Of a stretch of 64,000 nt of DNA, positions 1 through 8,860 are shown piece by piece. Source of the DNA: Anaerolineae bacterium (GTDB taxonomy: Bacteria > Chloroflexota > Anaerolineae > UBA1429); NCBI GenBank assembly GCA_963675785.1, contig OY776562.1:672001-736000 (forward strand), written 5' to 3'. How positions within the stretch are numbered: the stretch's first letter is position 1; the number at the start of each line of letters is the position of its first letter. The position numbers and the translations under genes are program-made. The notes under the pieces are model-generated. The model was not told the origin of the DNA. It worked only from the letters and a program-made list of their open reading frames with translations, and ran no database searches.

Positions 1-1204
1 CCCGAAGAATCGTTTCGTCAGGGACGCGGGGAAGGTCAGTCAAATAGTCGGTTAATCTTTCAGAGAGCTCCCCCACAAAACCTTGCATGGTGAGAACGGG
101 CCCTCTCAAGTCGTGTGCAAAGACATAGCTGTACTCGCGGATCTCGTCAACCGTATTTTCGAGTTCAGAAGCATAGCCAGCCATTTGATCTTCAGCACGT
201 CGTGTCTGGGTAATATCCTCCAATGTATAAAGATAACCGAGACTTGTCCCTTCCCCATCGTCGAGTTTGTCGATGTTGGCACGCACAACCCGAGTTTGTT
301 TTTGAAAGGTGGATTGGACGATGCTGAATGTGCTGCTTTGCCCGTCTTTGACGAGTGCCCCGAGATTGGGGAGCGAGTCGGTTACTCTGGTATTCAAGAC
401 GTCCTGTTCTTGTACCAACAAGAGCCGCAGAGCAGCCTTGTTGATATCCAGAACAATACCCTGGTCGTTTGTGACGATGACACCACTAGGCATCTTGTCG
501 ATAATGCTGGCACGTGCCAGGGGGATGACTGCCAAAAGGCGGTGCCGATATAATCCCCAGGCCATGATGGCACTGCCAGCACCCAGTGCCATCGGTGTAG
601 GATCAATAAAACCCCAAAGATCCAGATTCAGCAGGTGGGCAACATTGCCACCCCATGCAAAAAGTTGCGCCATCAATACAGAAAGCATACCCTTTTTGAT
701 CGATAGATGAGACGAGTAACCTTCTTTGATCAACAAAAGGGTTCCGAGAGCGAGTAGCACGTATGTGTAAGCGGCGTTGATGTAAAACAGAGGTCCGTAA
801 TCATAGGTAAATTTGGCTAGTTCTTTGGTCCCGTCCCAATAAAGTGCGGGATAGAACAGATGGTGATATTCGTTCGTCCAGACGATGATAAGTGTTATTA
901 CCATGCCAACGATTAAGAAAAAATGCAGGCGCTTGTTACGCGTTTTTGGTTGTTGTGTATATCCGCGAATGGCCAATAGCCAAAAGGGTGGAACCAATGT
1001 GATGCCAAAATATTGAAGGCGAGTCCAAAAGTAAGCTGATACCGGAGTGGTTGCAGTCAGTTCCAGGGCATAGGCAATGGTCCACCAGGAGCTTGCCAAG
1101 AGCAAGACACCAAAATGGCCGGCAGCAACGAGTCGACGATGTTGCCACAAATAGATTCCAACGGCTGCGCACAGGGCCCCGGCGATGTAGATCGATGCAA
1201 TCAC
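1..1204 (-). CDS. 7TM-sensor (HisKA_7TM-like) histidine kinase, probably with a PAS domain; 3' end runs off the window
   Basis: Not in the ORF track; translated by hand at both ends. GTG at 1204 after AAAGGT gives MIASIYIAGALCAAVGIYLWQ...WWTIAYALEL...LQYFGI...VWTNEYHHLFY...YGPLFY (7TM sensor pattern). The same frame near position 120 reads LEDITQTRRAE...VFAHDLRGP (H-box). Confidence 0.85.
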   Translation of the reverse strand, partial: MIASIYIAGALCAAVGIYLWQHRRLVAAGHFGVLLLASSWWTIAYALELTATTPVSAYFWTRLQYFGITLVPPFWLLAIRGYTQQPKTRNKRLHFFLIVGMVITLIIVWTNEYHHLFYPALYWDGTKELAKFTYDYGPLFYINAAYTYVLLALGTLLLIKEGYSSHLSIKKGMLSVLMAQLFAWGGNVAHLLNLDLWGFIDPTPMALGAGSAIMAWGLYRHRLLAVIPLARASIIDKMPSGVIVTNDQGIVLDINKAALRLLLVQEQDVLNTRVTDSLPNLGALVKDGQSSTFSIVQSTFQKQTRVVRANIDKLDDGEGTSLGYLYTLEDITQTRRAEDQMAGYASELENTVDEIREYSYVFAHDLRGPVLTMQGFVGELSERLTDYLTDLPRVPDETILR

Positions 1205-1465
1205 AGTGTCAACCTTTCAAACAATGGCTGAATTCATGCTTTTCTACCACGATACGACTATATGTGAGTTGTTATATTCACACAATAGGTTTACGAGCGA
1301 TTTAACAGATAGTTTATGCCCAGGGACTGTGCAAAATCGGTAAGGACGCTTATTTTACCTTGTTTGAGATTTGGATTGAGTGACCTGACTAGGCATATAC
1401 GAAGTCCCACCAATATGATAAAATACAAGAGTAGTGTATTTACCGTCCTAACAAGGAGGCTGTAC

Positions 1466-1870
1466 ATGACAAAGCTACAAACCATCGAGGGAATTGGCGA
1501 CGAGTACGCGAGGAGATTGGTTGAAGCCAGTATCGATTCAGTCGAGGCGTTATTGCAGGCTGGATCTACGCCTGCTGGCCGGAAGAAGGTCAGTGAGGAT
1601 GCCGATGTAAGCGGTACACTTGTTCTCGAATGGGTGAATCGTGCTGACTTGTATCGAGTGCCCGGTATTCAGGAAGAATATTCGGATCTGCTCGAAGCGG
1701 CCGGTGTGGATACAGTGCCAGAACTCGCTCAGCGTAACCCGGATAACCTTTTTGATACGCTTCAAGTGGTGAATGAGGAAAAGAAGCTCGTTCGTAGATT
1801 GCCCAGTCGTGGGCAGGTTGCGAATTGGGTTGCCAGTGCCAAAGAGCTTCCACGTATTGTGACATACTAG
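1466..1870 (+). CDS. DUF4332 family helix-hairpin-helix protein
   Basis: ATG 1466 after AAGGAGG; IEGIG HhH motif, ADLYRVPGIQEEYSDLLEAAGVDTVPELAQRNP, VRRLPS. Confidence 0.85.
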   Translation: MTKLQTIEGIGDEYARRLVEASIDSVEALLQAGSTPAGRKKVSEDADVSGTLVLEWVNRADLYRVPGIQEEYSDLLEAAGVDTVPELAQRNPDNLFDTLQVVNEEKKLVRRLPSRGQVANWVASAKELPRIVTY

Positions 1871-1891
1871 GGCCCATACTGAGGAATACAC

Positions 1892-1928
1892 GAGGCAGAA
1901 CCTAACAGGGTTCTGCCTCCTTTTATTT
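1892..1928. terminator. Intrinsic terminator between convergent genes
   Basis: GAGGCAGAACC / GGTTCTGCCTC stem followed by CTTTTATTT. Confidence 0.75.
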
Positions 1929-2949
1929 ACCGATAGCTAATCCGAACGTTGCTGTTCTGGAGGGTATCCCTGATCAGAGAAGCGAGTTCAGCCATATGTT
2001 GCGGCGATGGGGCTTTTATGTCATCTAGCAAATAGTCTTGCCCAAGTCGGGTGCGTTTCTCTACGCCCAGCTTGTGGTATCCCAATAGTTCGACCGCCTG
2101 TACCGCCGGAAGCATATTTTCTTGAACAAAATGGGCAGTCGAAGAGATATTTTCCTCGCTATCATTGATGCCAGGAATGATGGGGATGCGAATCCAGATG
2201 CCCTCGTTTTCATCCCGGGCATTAGCCCTCTCGCTGGCTAACCGCGTAGCGTTCTCCAAGATGCTCTTGTTAGAGACGCCCGTATACCGTCTGTGTTGTT
2301 CGTCATCCATGTGCTTGAGATCCAACAGCACGAGGTCAGCGCTGGTGCTGACTTGGTGCAAGCGTTCCCAAGGGCCAAAGCCCGTTGTGTCGAGGGCGGT
2401 GTGGATACCATTCGCCTGGCACATGATGAGCAGATTTTGGGCAAAGTCAGCCTGATAAAGCGGCTCGCCCCCCGTAATCGTAACACCCCCGCCAGAAGCG
2501 GTGTAAAAGGCGCGATCCAGCGCAATCTGGTCAAAAACATGCCGAACGCTCATCTCTTTGCCGACGAATTCCAAGGCTTGTGCATAACATACATCGGCGC
2601 AGGCGCCACAACGCTGACATAGGTCGATGTTATAACAACGGCGAATGCTGGCGATTTGCTCACTCTGCACCTGGGCATCGCGCGCCAGGCGTTCCCCATT
2701 GGCATCCTCAAACCACAGCGCCTCGGTGGGGCAGGCGCGGTAACAGGCCAGGTCGGCGATACAGCGGCTGGCATAGTACATTAGCTCTGGCCGAGGATCG
2801 ATGGATTCTGGGTTATGGCACCAGGCGCAATGTAGATAGCAGCCTTTTAAGAAAACTGCCGTACGAATGCCCGGCCCATCATGTGTGGCTGAACGTTCGA
2901 TATCAAAGACGATGCCCCGCATCTGCGATTGGTAATGGCTTGTCGTCAT
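1927..2949 (-). CDS. Glycyl-radical enzyme activating enzyme (radical SAM, with ferredoxin-like insert)
   Basis: HDGPGIRTAVFLKGCYLHCAWCHNPES (CxxxCxxC), GGGVTITGGEP, insert with CIADLACYRACP and CQRCGACADVC; overlaps the GRE stop codon. Confidence 0.95.
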   Translation of the reverse strand: MTTSHYQSQMRGIVFDIERSATHDGPGIRTAVFLKGCYLHCAWCHNPESIDPRPELMYYASRCIADLACYRACPTEALWFEDANGERLARDAQVQSEQIASIRRCYNIDLCQRCGACADVCYAQALEFVGKEMSVRHVFDQIALDRAFYTASGGGVTITGGEPLYQADFAQNLLIMCQANGIHTALDTTGFGPWERLHQVSTSADLVLLDLKHMDDEQHRRYTGVSNKSILENATRLASERANARDENEGIWIRIPIIPGINDSEENISSTAHFVQENMLPAVQAVELLGYHKLGVEKRTRLGQDYLLDDIKAPSPQHMAELASLIRDTLQNSNVRISYR

Positions 2950-5189
2950 GCGCTCTTCTCGTCGATGATGCGATCGACAACCAACTGCCTGAAAGCGGGT
3001 GAAAGGCTTGCGAAATAAGCCGAGAATCCGGTGACGCGAACCACCAGGTCAGGGTGCAACGAGGGGTCGCGGTGAGCCTCAAGAACTTTGGCCGAGTCCA
3101 TGATGTTCATATTGATCTGGGTTCCTCCCAAGCGAAAATGGGTGAGGATCAAGTTCATCACATAATCCACACCGCCTTCTTCTCGAGAGAGCATGGGGTC
3201 TAGTTCGATCTGCATGGGTGCGGCGTTGCCGTGCCCTGGTTGTACGCCTGCGATAGAGGCAGCCAGTGCTGTGGCGGCGCCGTCCTTACGAAAGCCTGGA
3301 TCGGGATTGGCACCGTGGGATATGGGTGCACCAGCAGGGCGGCCGTTGGGGGTTGCCCCCAATATTTTGCCCATGGAGATCGTATTCGCCCAGGAAAAGA
3401 TGCCCGGAATCATCTTGAATCCGTTCGGCGTCGTCTTTTCGGTGATCAATCGAGTCAGCATTTCCGAGACACGCAAGGCGTACTCGTCAGCCAGGGTGCC
3501 GCCCATGCCATAGTGCGGCACGCTCTTCATCATCAGCCGCTTTAGCTCGCCCTCGCGACCGGCCCAGTCGTTATCGAGAGATTCGATCAACTCTTGCCAG
3601 GAGAGACGTCGTTCTTGAATGATGCGCTGCTCAATGGCGGCCAGGGAATCTACGGCAGTGGCAAAGCCGGCCACATCGAGACAGATGTTATACTCGTCTA
3701 CGCCGCCATATGAGGCATCCAGCCCCCGCTCGATGGGGCCGTGGCAGAGCAAGTCGAGAACGAGTTCGGGAAAGACCTCGTGCATGTGGGCCATCTGAAA
3801 GTCGATGCTCTGAGCGGTGCCGAGTACAGCAGCCCTGAAATGATCTTCCAGATGTTCCCACAGCGGCTGCATACTACCGGCTGTCTCCCAGCCGGTGGGC
3901 ATATCGTGGATGGCCACATCCAACACGCGGGCAATGTTGATCTTGATGCAGTCGTTCATGGTGTATTCCCGGCCGGGCAGGGCAGACCAGTGGCACCCCG
4001 AATAGGCGCGCTGTCGGGCTGTTTCCAGGTCATAGCCATTGCGGCAGTACCCAGCGATGGAGGCGTCGGTGCCCAGGAACTTGGGGATGCCTAACTTGTC
4101 TTCAAAGAGAATCTCGACACCCTTGCGCAGTGTGCCCGTGTCACAGCCTTCGGCCACAGCTACAGCGAGGTTGCAAGGTATCTTGAGCCGATGTGTTGCT
4201 TCGAGGATGAGGTAAGACAGATGGGTGGTGACATCGCGACCATCTTTGTCCGGCCCGCCGATTTGCAGATAGGCCGTATCCCGCGCGAACAAGCAGGCTA
4301 GATAAAAGATGGCTTCCTCGTCGTTCAGCGTGCCCGCTTGCGTTTCGGCATCGTAATAAGGCTGCAAGAGTACGTCCAGCCGCCCCAATGAGCCGCTACC
4401 ATTGTACATGCGTGCGGCCATCTGAAACCAGAGCATCCACTGGCAGGCTTCGCGAAAGGTGGTTGGCGGTTCGCTGACCAATCGCTCGTTGATCTCAGCC
4501 ATCTCCAGCAGGTTTTGACGAACGGACGCATTCACTTCCGCGGCAGCCAACCGTCGTGCCTCGGCGGCGTTGTTGGCAATCCAGGCTTGCATACCGATGA
4601 CCACGTCGGCCAAGCCGTTGTAGAATTCGGCGCTTTCGGGGTGCTGCTGCCGCCCCTCGTCAATGCGCTCTTTGATTTGTCCCCAGCCCTGCGCGAGACC
4701 GATGGCTAAATCCTGGCAAAAGTGCTGCTTGGCGCCAATAGCCCCCTCGAGCTGATATTTGGCTCTGACGGGTTTGAGGTCCTCATAGCTGAATTCAGGC
4801 TTCCAATCGACAGCGCGATAGGACAAGAAATTGACCATGTAGCCACCAGCCAGCGCGCTCATGGGGTCGATATAGGTGGGATGATTCTCCAACAAACGGC
4901 GGTAATTGGCACCAGTCGCCCTGGCTCCATAAAAGCTGCCGTTTTCGTGGTTGGGTATGATCTCGATGCCGTCCAGCAGTACGTCGGTGATGGGCATTCC
5001 CGAGCCGCTGATGGTTTCTACCAGCTTGCGCCGCTCTGCTGGGGGCAGGATCAAGGCGTGATCGTCGTGATCCATCGCGCCGACGACCTGTTGCTTTTCT
5101 TGTGTCTGGGCCATTTTGGTCTCGCGGATGGCGCGTATTCTGGCGTCATAGCTATAGTCGAGTTTTGATTCTGCCATGTGGATTTTCAT
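2946..5189 (-). CDS. Glycyl radical enzyme (PFL-like superfamily), substrate unknown
   Basis: C-terminal LVVRVTGFSAYF glycyl-radical loop, SLGRLD, GATPNGR, Cys loop YSGCHW; ATG 5189 follows GAAAGGT (alternative start 5177). Confidence 0.93.
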   Translation of the reverse strand: MKIHMAESKLDYSYDARIRAIRETKMAQTQEKQQVVGAMDHDDHALILPPAERRKLVETISGSGMPITDVLLDGIEIIPNHENGSFYGARATGANYRRLLENHPTYIDPMSALAGGYMVNFLSYRAVDWKPEFSYEDLKPVRAKYQLEGAIGAKQHFCQDLAIGLAQGWGQIKERIDEGRQQHPESAEFYNGLADVVIGMQAWIANNAAEARRLAAAEVNASVRQNLLEMAEINERLVSEPPTTFREACQWMLWFQMAARMYNGSGSLGRLDVLLQPYYDAETQAGTLNDEEAIFYLACLFARDTAYLQIGGPDKDGRDVTTHLSYLILEATHRLKIPCNLAVAVAEGCDTGTLRKGVEILFEDKLGIPKFLGTDASIAGYCRNGYDLETARQRAYSGCHWSALPGREYTMNDCIKINIARVLDVAIHDMPTGWETAGSMQPLWEHLEDHFRAAVLGTAQSIDFQMAHMHEVFPELVLDLLCHGPIERGLDASYGGVDEYNICLDVAGFATAVDSLAAIEQRIIQERRLSWQELIESLDNDWAGREGELKRLMMKSVPHYGMGGTLADEYALRVSEMLTRLITEKTTPNGFKMIPGIFSWANTISMGKILGATPNGRPAGAPISHGANPDPGFRKDGAATALAASIAGVQPGHGNAAPMQIELDPMLSREEGGVDYVMNLILTHFRLGGTQINMNIMDSAKVLEAHRDPSLHPDLVVRVTGFSAYFASLSPAFRQLVVDRIIDEKSA

Positions 5190-5257
5190 GCGCACCTTTC
5201 ATCGTGCGGTTCGTTCGGATGATGTGACCGTTGAAATAGCACACCCCAGTGGCTGTG

Positions 5258-7165
5258 TCAATCGACAGGTTGGAGAGTATCTCTCTGGGGGCTGGGCACG
5301 TGAATGTCCAGACGGGTCAACGTTTGAGGCGCGGGGATACCCTGGTGATCATAGCCGGCCAAACGGTAGTAGCGATCCAGCATCTTGTCGAGCTTGACGG
5401 GCTGCCCTTGGTTAGAACCTTCCGGCGTCTCACTGGTAAGGCGTGCCGGTAGTGTATCGTCCTGGCGGGTAACGCCGCGCTGTGTGTTCAGGTAGCGCTC
5501 GAGGGTGTGGATGCGCTCTCCCGCTTCCAGAAACTCGCTCGCGGTCAAGGGAATGCCGGTAATGGCCGTATAGAGCTGGGCGTAGGGGGATACATCAAAT
5601 AGCTTGACCGTGAGGCTTGGGGCTGCCCACAAAGCGACGGACTTGGCCCAATTGGGGGTTAGACGGATGAGTGGTGCTTGTAGTAGATAAGCATAGGCGG
5701 TAAAGAGGCAGGTTTGTAATGAATTGAGCGCCGCATACAGCCGGTTGAAAAAGAAAACCATTTCAGCTTTACCGCGTGTACCTTGGGGGTTCTGAAGCCC
5801 AAGAAAGGATTCAAGCACGAATGAAGTGGCTGTGAGGTGGCATCCCCCGCGATTCGATACCGCATAAGCCAGACCTTGTCCCCAGGCACTGCGCGGGTCA
5901 TAAGCGGGCAGTTCCATACCCTTGACCTGGATAGCAAAAGACTCGCCGCCGTACTTGGCCGCTAGCCAACGTGAGCCGTTGGCCAGTTCATCACCTAGGC
6001 CGTTACGGTGTGCCGTCTGTTCAATGGCCCTACTCATCTCCTCGGCATTGCCAAAGTGGAGGGGCCAATCGAGGAGCCCTCGTTCGGTTGCCTCGGCAGC
6101 GTAAGCCAGCGTACCGCCCATGGAGATAGTGTCCATGCCCAGTTCGTCGCACTGCTCGCCCAATTGGCGCACAGCCTCGCGTTCCAGAATTCCCAGGTTG
6201 GGGCCTAGCAGACCAACCGTCTCGTACTCTGGGATTTTCACTCGTCGTCCATCGACTGTTGTACCGCTGTGCCCGCAGAGGATAGCGCAGGTTCGGCAAG
6301 CATGGGGTTTGGCATTATAGGCTTGGGCCCACACCGAGCCCGCCAGGCCATCGATATCGGCATTCCCACCCCGGAAATTGCGCACGGGCAAAAGCCCGGC
6401 CTCCTGGCAGATGGCCAGATTAGCCAGCGTCCCCTGTTGCCGGTAAAGCCTCCCCGTATATACGTTGTCGTTCAGATAGGTAATGAGCTTGGTGCGGAGT
6501 GCCATCAGCATTTCAGGGTCTACCGGGACGATCTTTTCCTTCGTTCCGCGAATGCTGATGGCTTTGACACCCTTGGCTCCCAAGACAGCGCCAAACCCGG
6601 CTCGCCCCAGAAAGCGCGTGCCGCAGGCTATGTTGGCATAGCGGACCTGGTTCTCTCCCGCGGGGCCAATGACCAGGGCACTGTCGTTTCGCCCGAGCGC
6701 GAGTGCATTTGTCGTCGCTGTGGTCGAGAGGCCCAATAATGAGGAAGCATCATGAAAGGCAACGCCGTTTTCGCTGATTTCGATGTGCAGGGGCACATCT
6801 GTTGCCCCCCGAAGAATGAGCCCATCCAATGAAAGCGACTTGAGTGCCAAACCGAAATCACCTCCGCAGGAGGCAGAGGCCACCAGGTTTGTTAGCGGTG
6901 AGAGGGATACGGCTGAAAAGCGGCTGGAACAGGGCATGCCGCTGCCAGCGAGAATGCCGGGCATGAGGATAAAGGGATTATCTGGATCCAGGGGCATTGT
7001 TTGGGGAGTGACAAGGCGCGAGAGCAGTAACAGGCCCAACCCTTTACCGCCCAGGTAGCGGCGTCGGTCGTCGGGTGCAACCTGCATCGTCGATGTCGAT
7101 TGTGTTGAAAGGTCGATTGAAAGAACCTGATTGTTTATGGGATTCATGTATATCGCAGACTGCAT
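5258..7165 (-). CDS. Aldehyde:ferredoxin oxidoreductase family (W/Mo-pterin) protein
   Basis: YLGGKGLG, SPLT, IGPAGEN, GRAGFGAVLGAKGVKAI, CRTCAILC, PEYET, CDELGMDTIS, VKGMELPAYDPR, RGGCH, DDTLPARL. Confidence 0.93.
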   Translation of the reverse strand: MQSAIYMNPINNQVLSIDLSTQSTSTMQVAPDDRRRYLGGKGLGLLLLSRLVTPQTMPLDPDNPFILMPGILAGSGMPCSSRFSAVSLSPLTNLVASASCGGDFGLALKSLSLDGLILRGATDVPLHIEISENGVAFHDASSLLGLSTTATTNALALGRNDSALVIGPAGENQVRYANIACGTRFLGRAGFGAVLGAKGVKAISIRGTKEKIVPVDPEMLMALRTKLITYLNDNVYTGRLYRQQGTLANLAICQEAGLLPVRNFRGGNADIDGLAGSVWAQAYNAKPHACRTCAILCGHSGTTVDGRRVKIPEYETVGLLGPNLGILEREAVRQLGEQCDELGMDTISMGGTLAYAAEATERGLLDWPLHFGNAEEMSRAIEQTAHRNGLGDELANGSRWLAAKYGGESFAIQVKGMELPAYDPRSAWGQGLAYAVSNRGGCHLTATSFVLESFLGLQNPQGTRGKAEMVFFFNRLYAALNSLQTCLFTAYAYLLQAPLIRLTPNWAKSVALWAAPSLTVKLFDVSPYAQLYTAITGIPLTASEFLEAGERIHTLERYLNTQRGVTRQDDTLPARLTSETPEGSNQGQPVKLDKMLDRYYRLAGYDHQGIPAPQTLTRLDIHVPSPQRDTLQPVD

Positions 7166-7381
7166 GACGGATTGATTCGCTCATCATGTCACCGACCAGG
7201 GATGCCGTCAACTAGAAGGTTGAATGGCTACCCGGCCGTGCTTTGCGCATTGGACTCTGATATTCAAACACAAAAAGGGGGAGGGTAGATGCGCTACAAG
7301 CGCCGATAGTTTGCCAAGTAGGAGAACTGGTGGCGGCGTGGCTGGATCAAAGACGAATTTCACCGCCACCAGAAGGGGCAT

Positions 7382-7585
7382 CTATTGCGCGGTTTGCAGG
7401 GTGATGATGGTCTGTTGTTCACTGGGGATCAGAGTGATGCGAGAAACATGGCCGCCTATAGGTGCATGTACGGCTTGATCATCGCTGATGCCGAGGTACT
7501 GACCTTTAACCACTTGATGAGAGAGCAATCTGAGTGTCGGGCTATCCACACGAATACACAGGCAATCTGTCAGATGATCCTTCAT
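7382..7585 (-). CDS. Small hypothetical protein with barrel-sandwich-hybrid-like motif
   Basis: Strong AGGAGG RBS; VVKGQYLG...VHAPIGGHVSRI; similar to the ORF at 10611-10820. Confidence 0.7.
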   Translation of the reverse strand: MKDHLTDCLCIRVDSPTLRLLSHQVVKGQYLGISDDQAVHAPIGGHVSRITLIPSEQQTIITLQTAQ

Positions 7586-7612
7586 GTGCGCCTCCTGTTA
7601 CCTAGTTAATCG

Positions 7613-8791
7613 CTACTTTGCGGATAACGTCTCCATATTGGGGCTAGGGTCTTGATCTTGTCGTGCTGCTGGTTTGTGTGAGACGAACAAGAACCCGCCG
7701 ACCAAAGCGGTAAAGGGAGCCACAGTGACCAAGCCAAAACTGCCAACCAGTGTTTTGACGATCTCGGCGGTTACATAATTGGTGTTGATGATAAAGAGTG
7801 GGGGAGTGCCCTGGGCCATGAACAACATCAACAGGGCCATGTACCCCGAGATGTAGGCCATCAGCAGCGTTGTTACCATCGTGCTGGTCATTGCTCGGCC
7901 TACCTCAAAGCCCGATTTGATCATTTCTCCGCGGGAAAGATCAGGTCGTTTGCGAATCACTTCGGCCATAGAGGCAGAGACATCGATGGCAATATCCATC
8001 ACACCACCTGATGCCCCCACAAAGACTGCGGCTACAAAGATGGCATTCAAATCTAGATCAGCAAAGCCGGAGTAGAGCAATGTTTCCGAGTAGGGTTGGA
8101 TCGCGCCGCTCAGTTTGAGTGTGGGCAACATGAGGATGGCCAAAGCGCAGGTTAGGCCTATGCCCAACAGTGCACCCAGAATAGCGACGAGCGCACGCCG
8201 GTTTACACCCGATACAAGACATAGCGTCGATACCGAGATCACAGCGACGAGCAGCAACGAAATGATGATGGGGTCCCAACGATCGAGGATGGCTGGCAGC
8301 CACAGCCGCCAGATGAGGATGATGGCAAAGGCAAAAGAGAGTAATGCTCGCAGGCCGCCCCAACCGGCAAAGGCAATGAGCGCGCCACCGAACAAAAGGA
8401 GCAGAATAAGCTCGGTATCGGCACGGTAGTGGTCATAAGCGGTGACGTTGGTAACGACTCCTCCCGCTTGCTGGATCACCACCAAGCATTCATCGCCTAT
8501 CTGAAAAATCTTGTCGGTTTCCATCTTACCCAGCAGGATATTGACTGCCTGCAAGATCTGTCCTTTGAGTTCGCCCGTCTCGATGCGCACTTGGACGACC
8601 TGTTCGCCCTGTTTGATGATGCCGAACTGTTGAATGTTGCTGTCATCTACTGCGACAACGACTGCGCGCTGCCGATCGACATTTTGGACATAGGCACTCT
8701 CAAAGGGGCTGGGAACGACGAGGACGATGGCAGTGAGTAGGATGATCAAAAGTGAGAAGAGAGCCTGTCGATTATTCAAGAGCTTTTTCAT
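7613..8791 (-). CDS. YibE/F family membrane protein
   Basis: Multi-TM; GWGGLRALLS, GASGGVMDIAIDVSASM, SGFEVGR, MVTTLLMAY, EIVKTLVGSFGLV; likely start ATG 8791 (MKKLL). Confidence 0.88.
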   Translation of the reverse strand: MKKLLNNRQALFSLLIILLTAIVLVVPSPFESAYVQNVDRQRAVVVAVDDSNIQQFGIIKQGEQVVQVRIETGELKGQILQAVNILLGKMETDKIFQIGDECLVVIQQAGGVVTNVTAYDHYRADTELILLLLFGGALIAFAGWGGLRALLSFAFAIILIWRLWLPAILDRWDPIIISLLLVAVISVSTLCLVSGVNRRALVAILGALLGIGLTCALAILMLPTLKLSGAIQPYSETLLYSGFADLDLNAIFVAAVFVGASGGVMDIAIDVSASMAEVIRKRPDLSRGEMIKSGFEVGRAMTSTMVTTLLMAYISGYMALLMLFMAQGTPPLFIINTNYVTAEIVKTLVGSFGLVTVAPFTALVGGFLFVSHKPAARQDQDPSPNMETLSAK

Positions 8792-8860
8792 ACGTTTGCC
8801 TTTTGCTGGCAGTTGGGAGAGGAGCTTGAGGCTTTCTCCCAACTGCCATGTGCCAATTGA

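Noticed and set aside
83-710. Plus-strand ORFs of 156 and 133 aa
   Set aside because: Shadows of the minus-strand histidine kinase that the track missed.
1316-1465. N-terminal extension of the DUF4332 ORF given in the track
   Set aside because: Strong RBS and family similarity begin at ATG 1466; the upstream part is AT-rich intergenic DNA.
2946-5189. Calling the GRE pyruvate formate-lyase (pflB)
   Set aside because: It lacks the adjacent Cys-Cys pair, and its activase has a ferredoxin-like insert typical of non-PFL GREs.
7230-7320. Minus-strand fragments GGCAAAC and GCGCAAAGCACGG-CCGGGTAGCC reminiscent of a c-di-GMP-I riboswitch upstream of AOR
   Set aside because: Spacing is wrong, and the GNRA loop and P2 stem with its receptor are missing; an Rfam scan would settle it.
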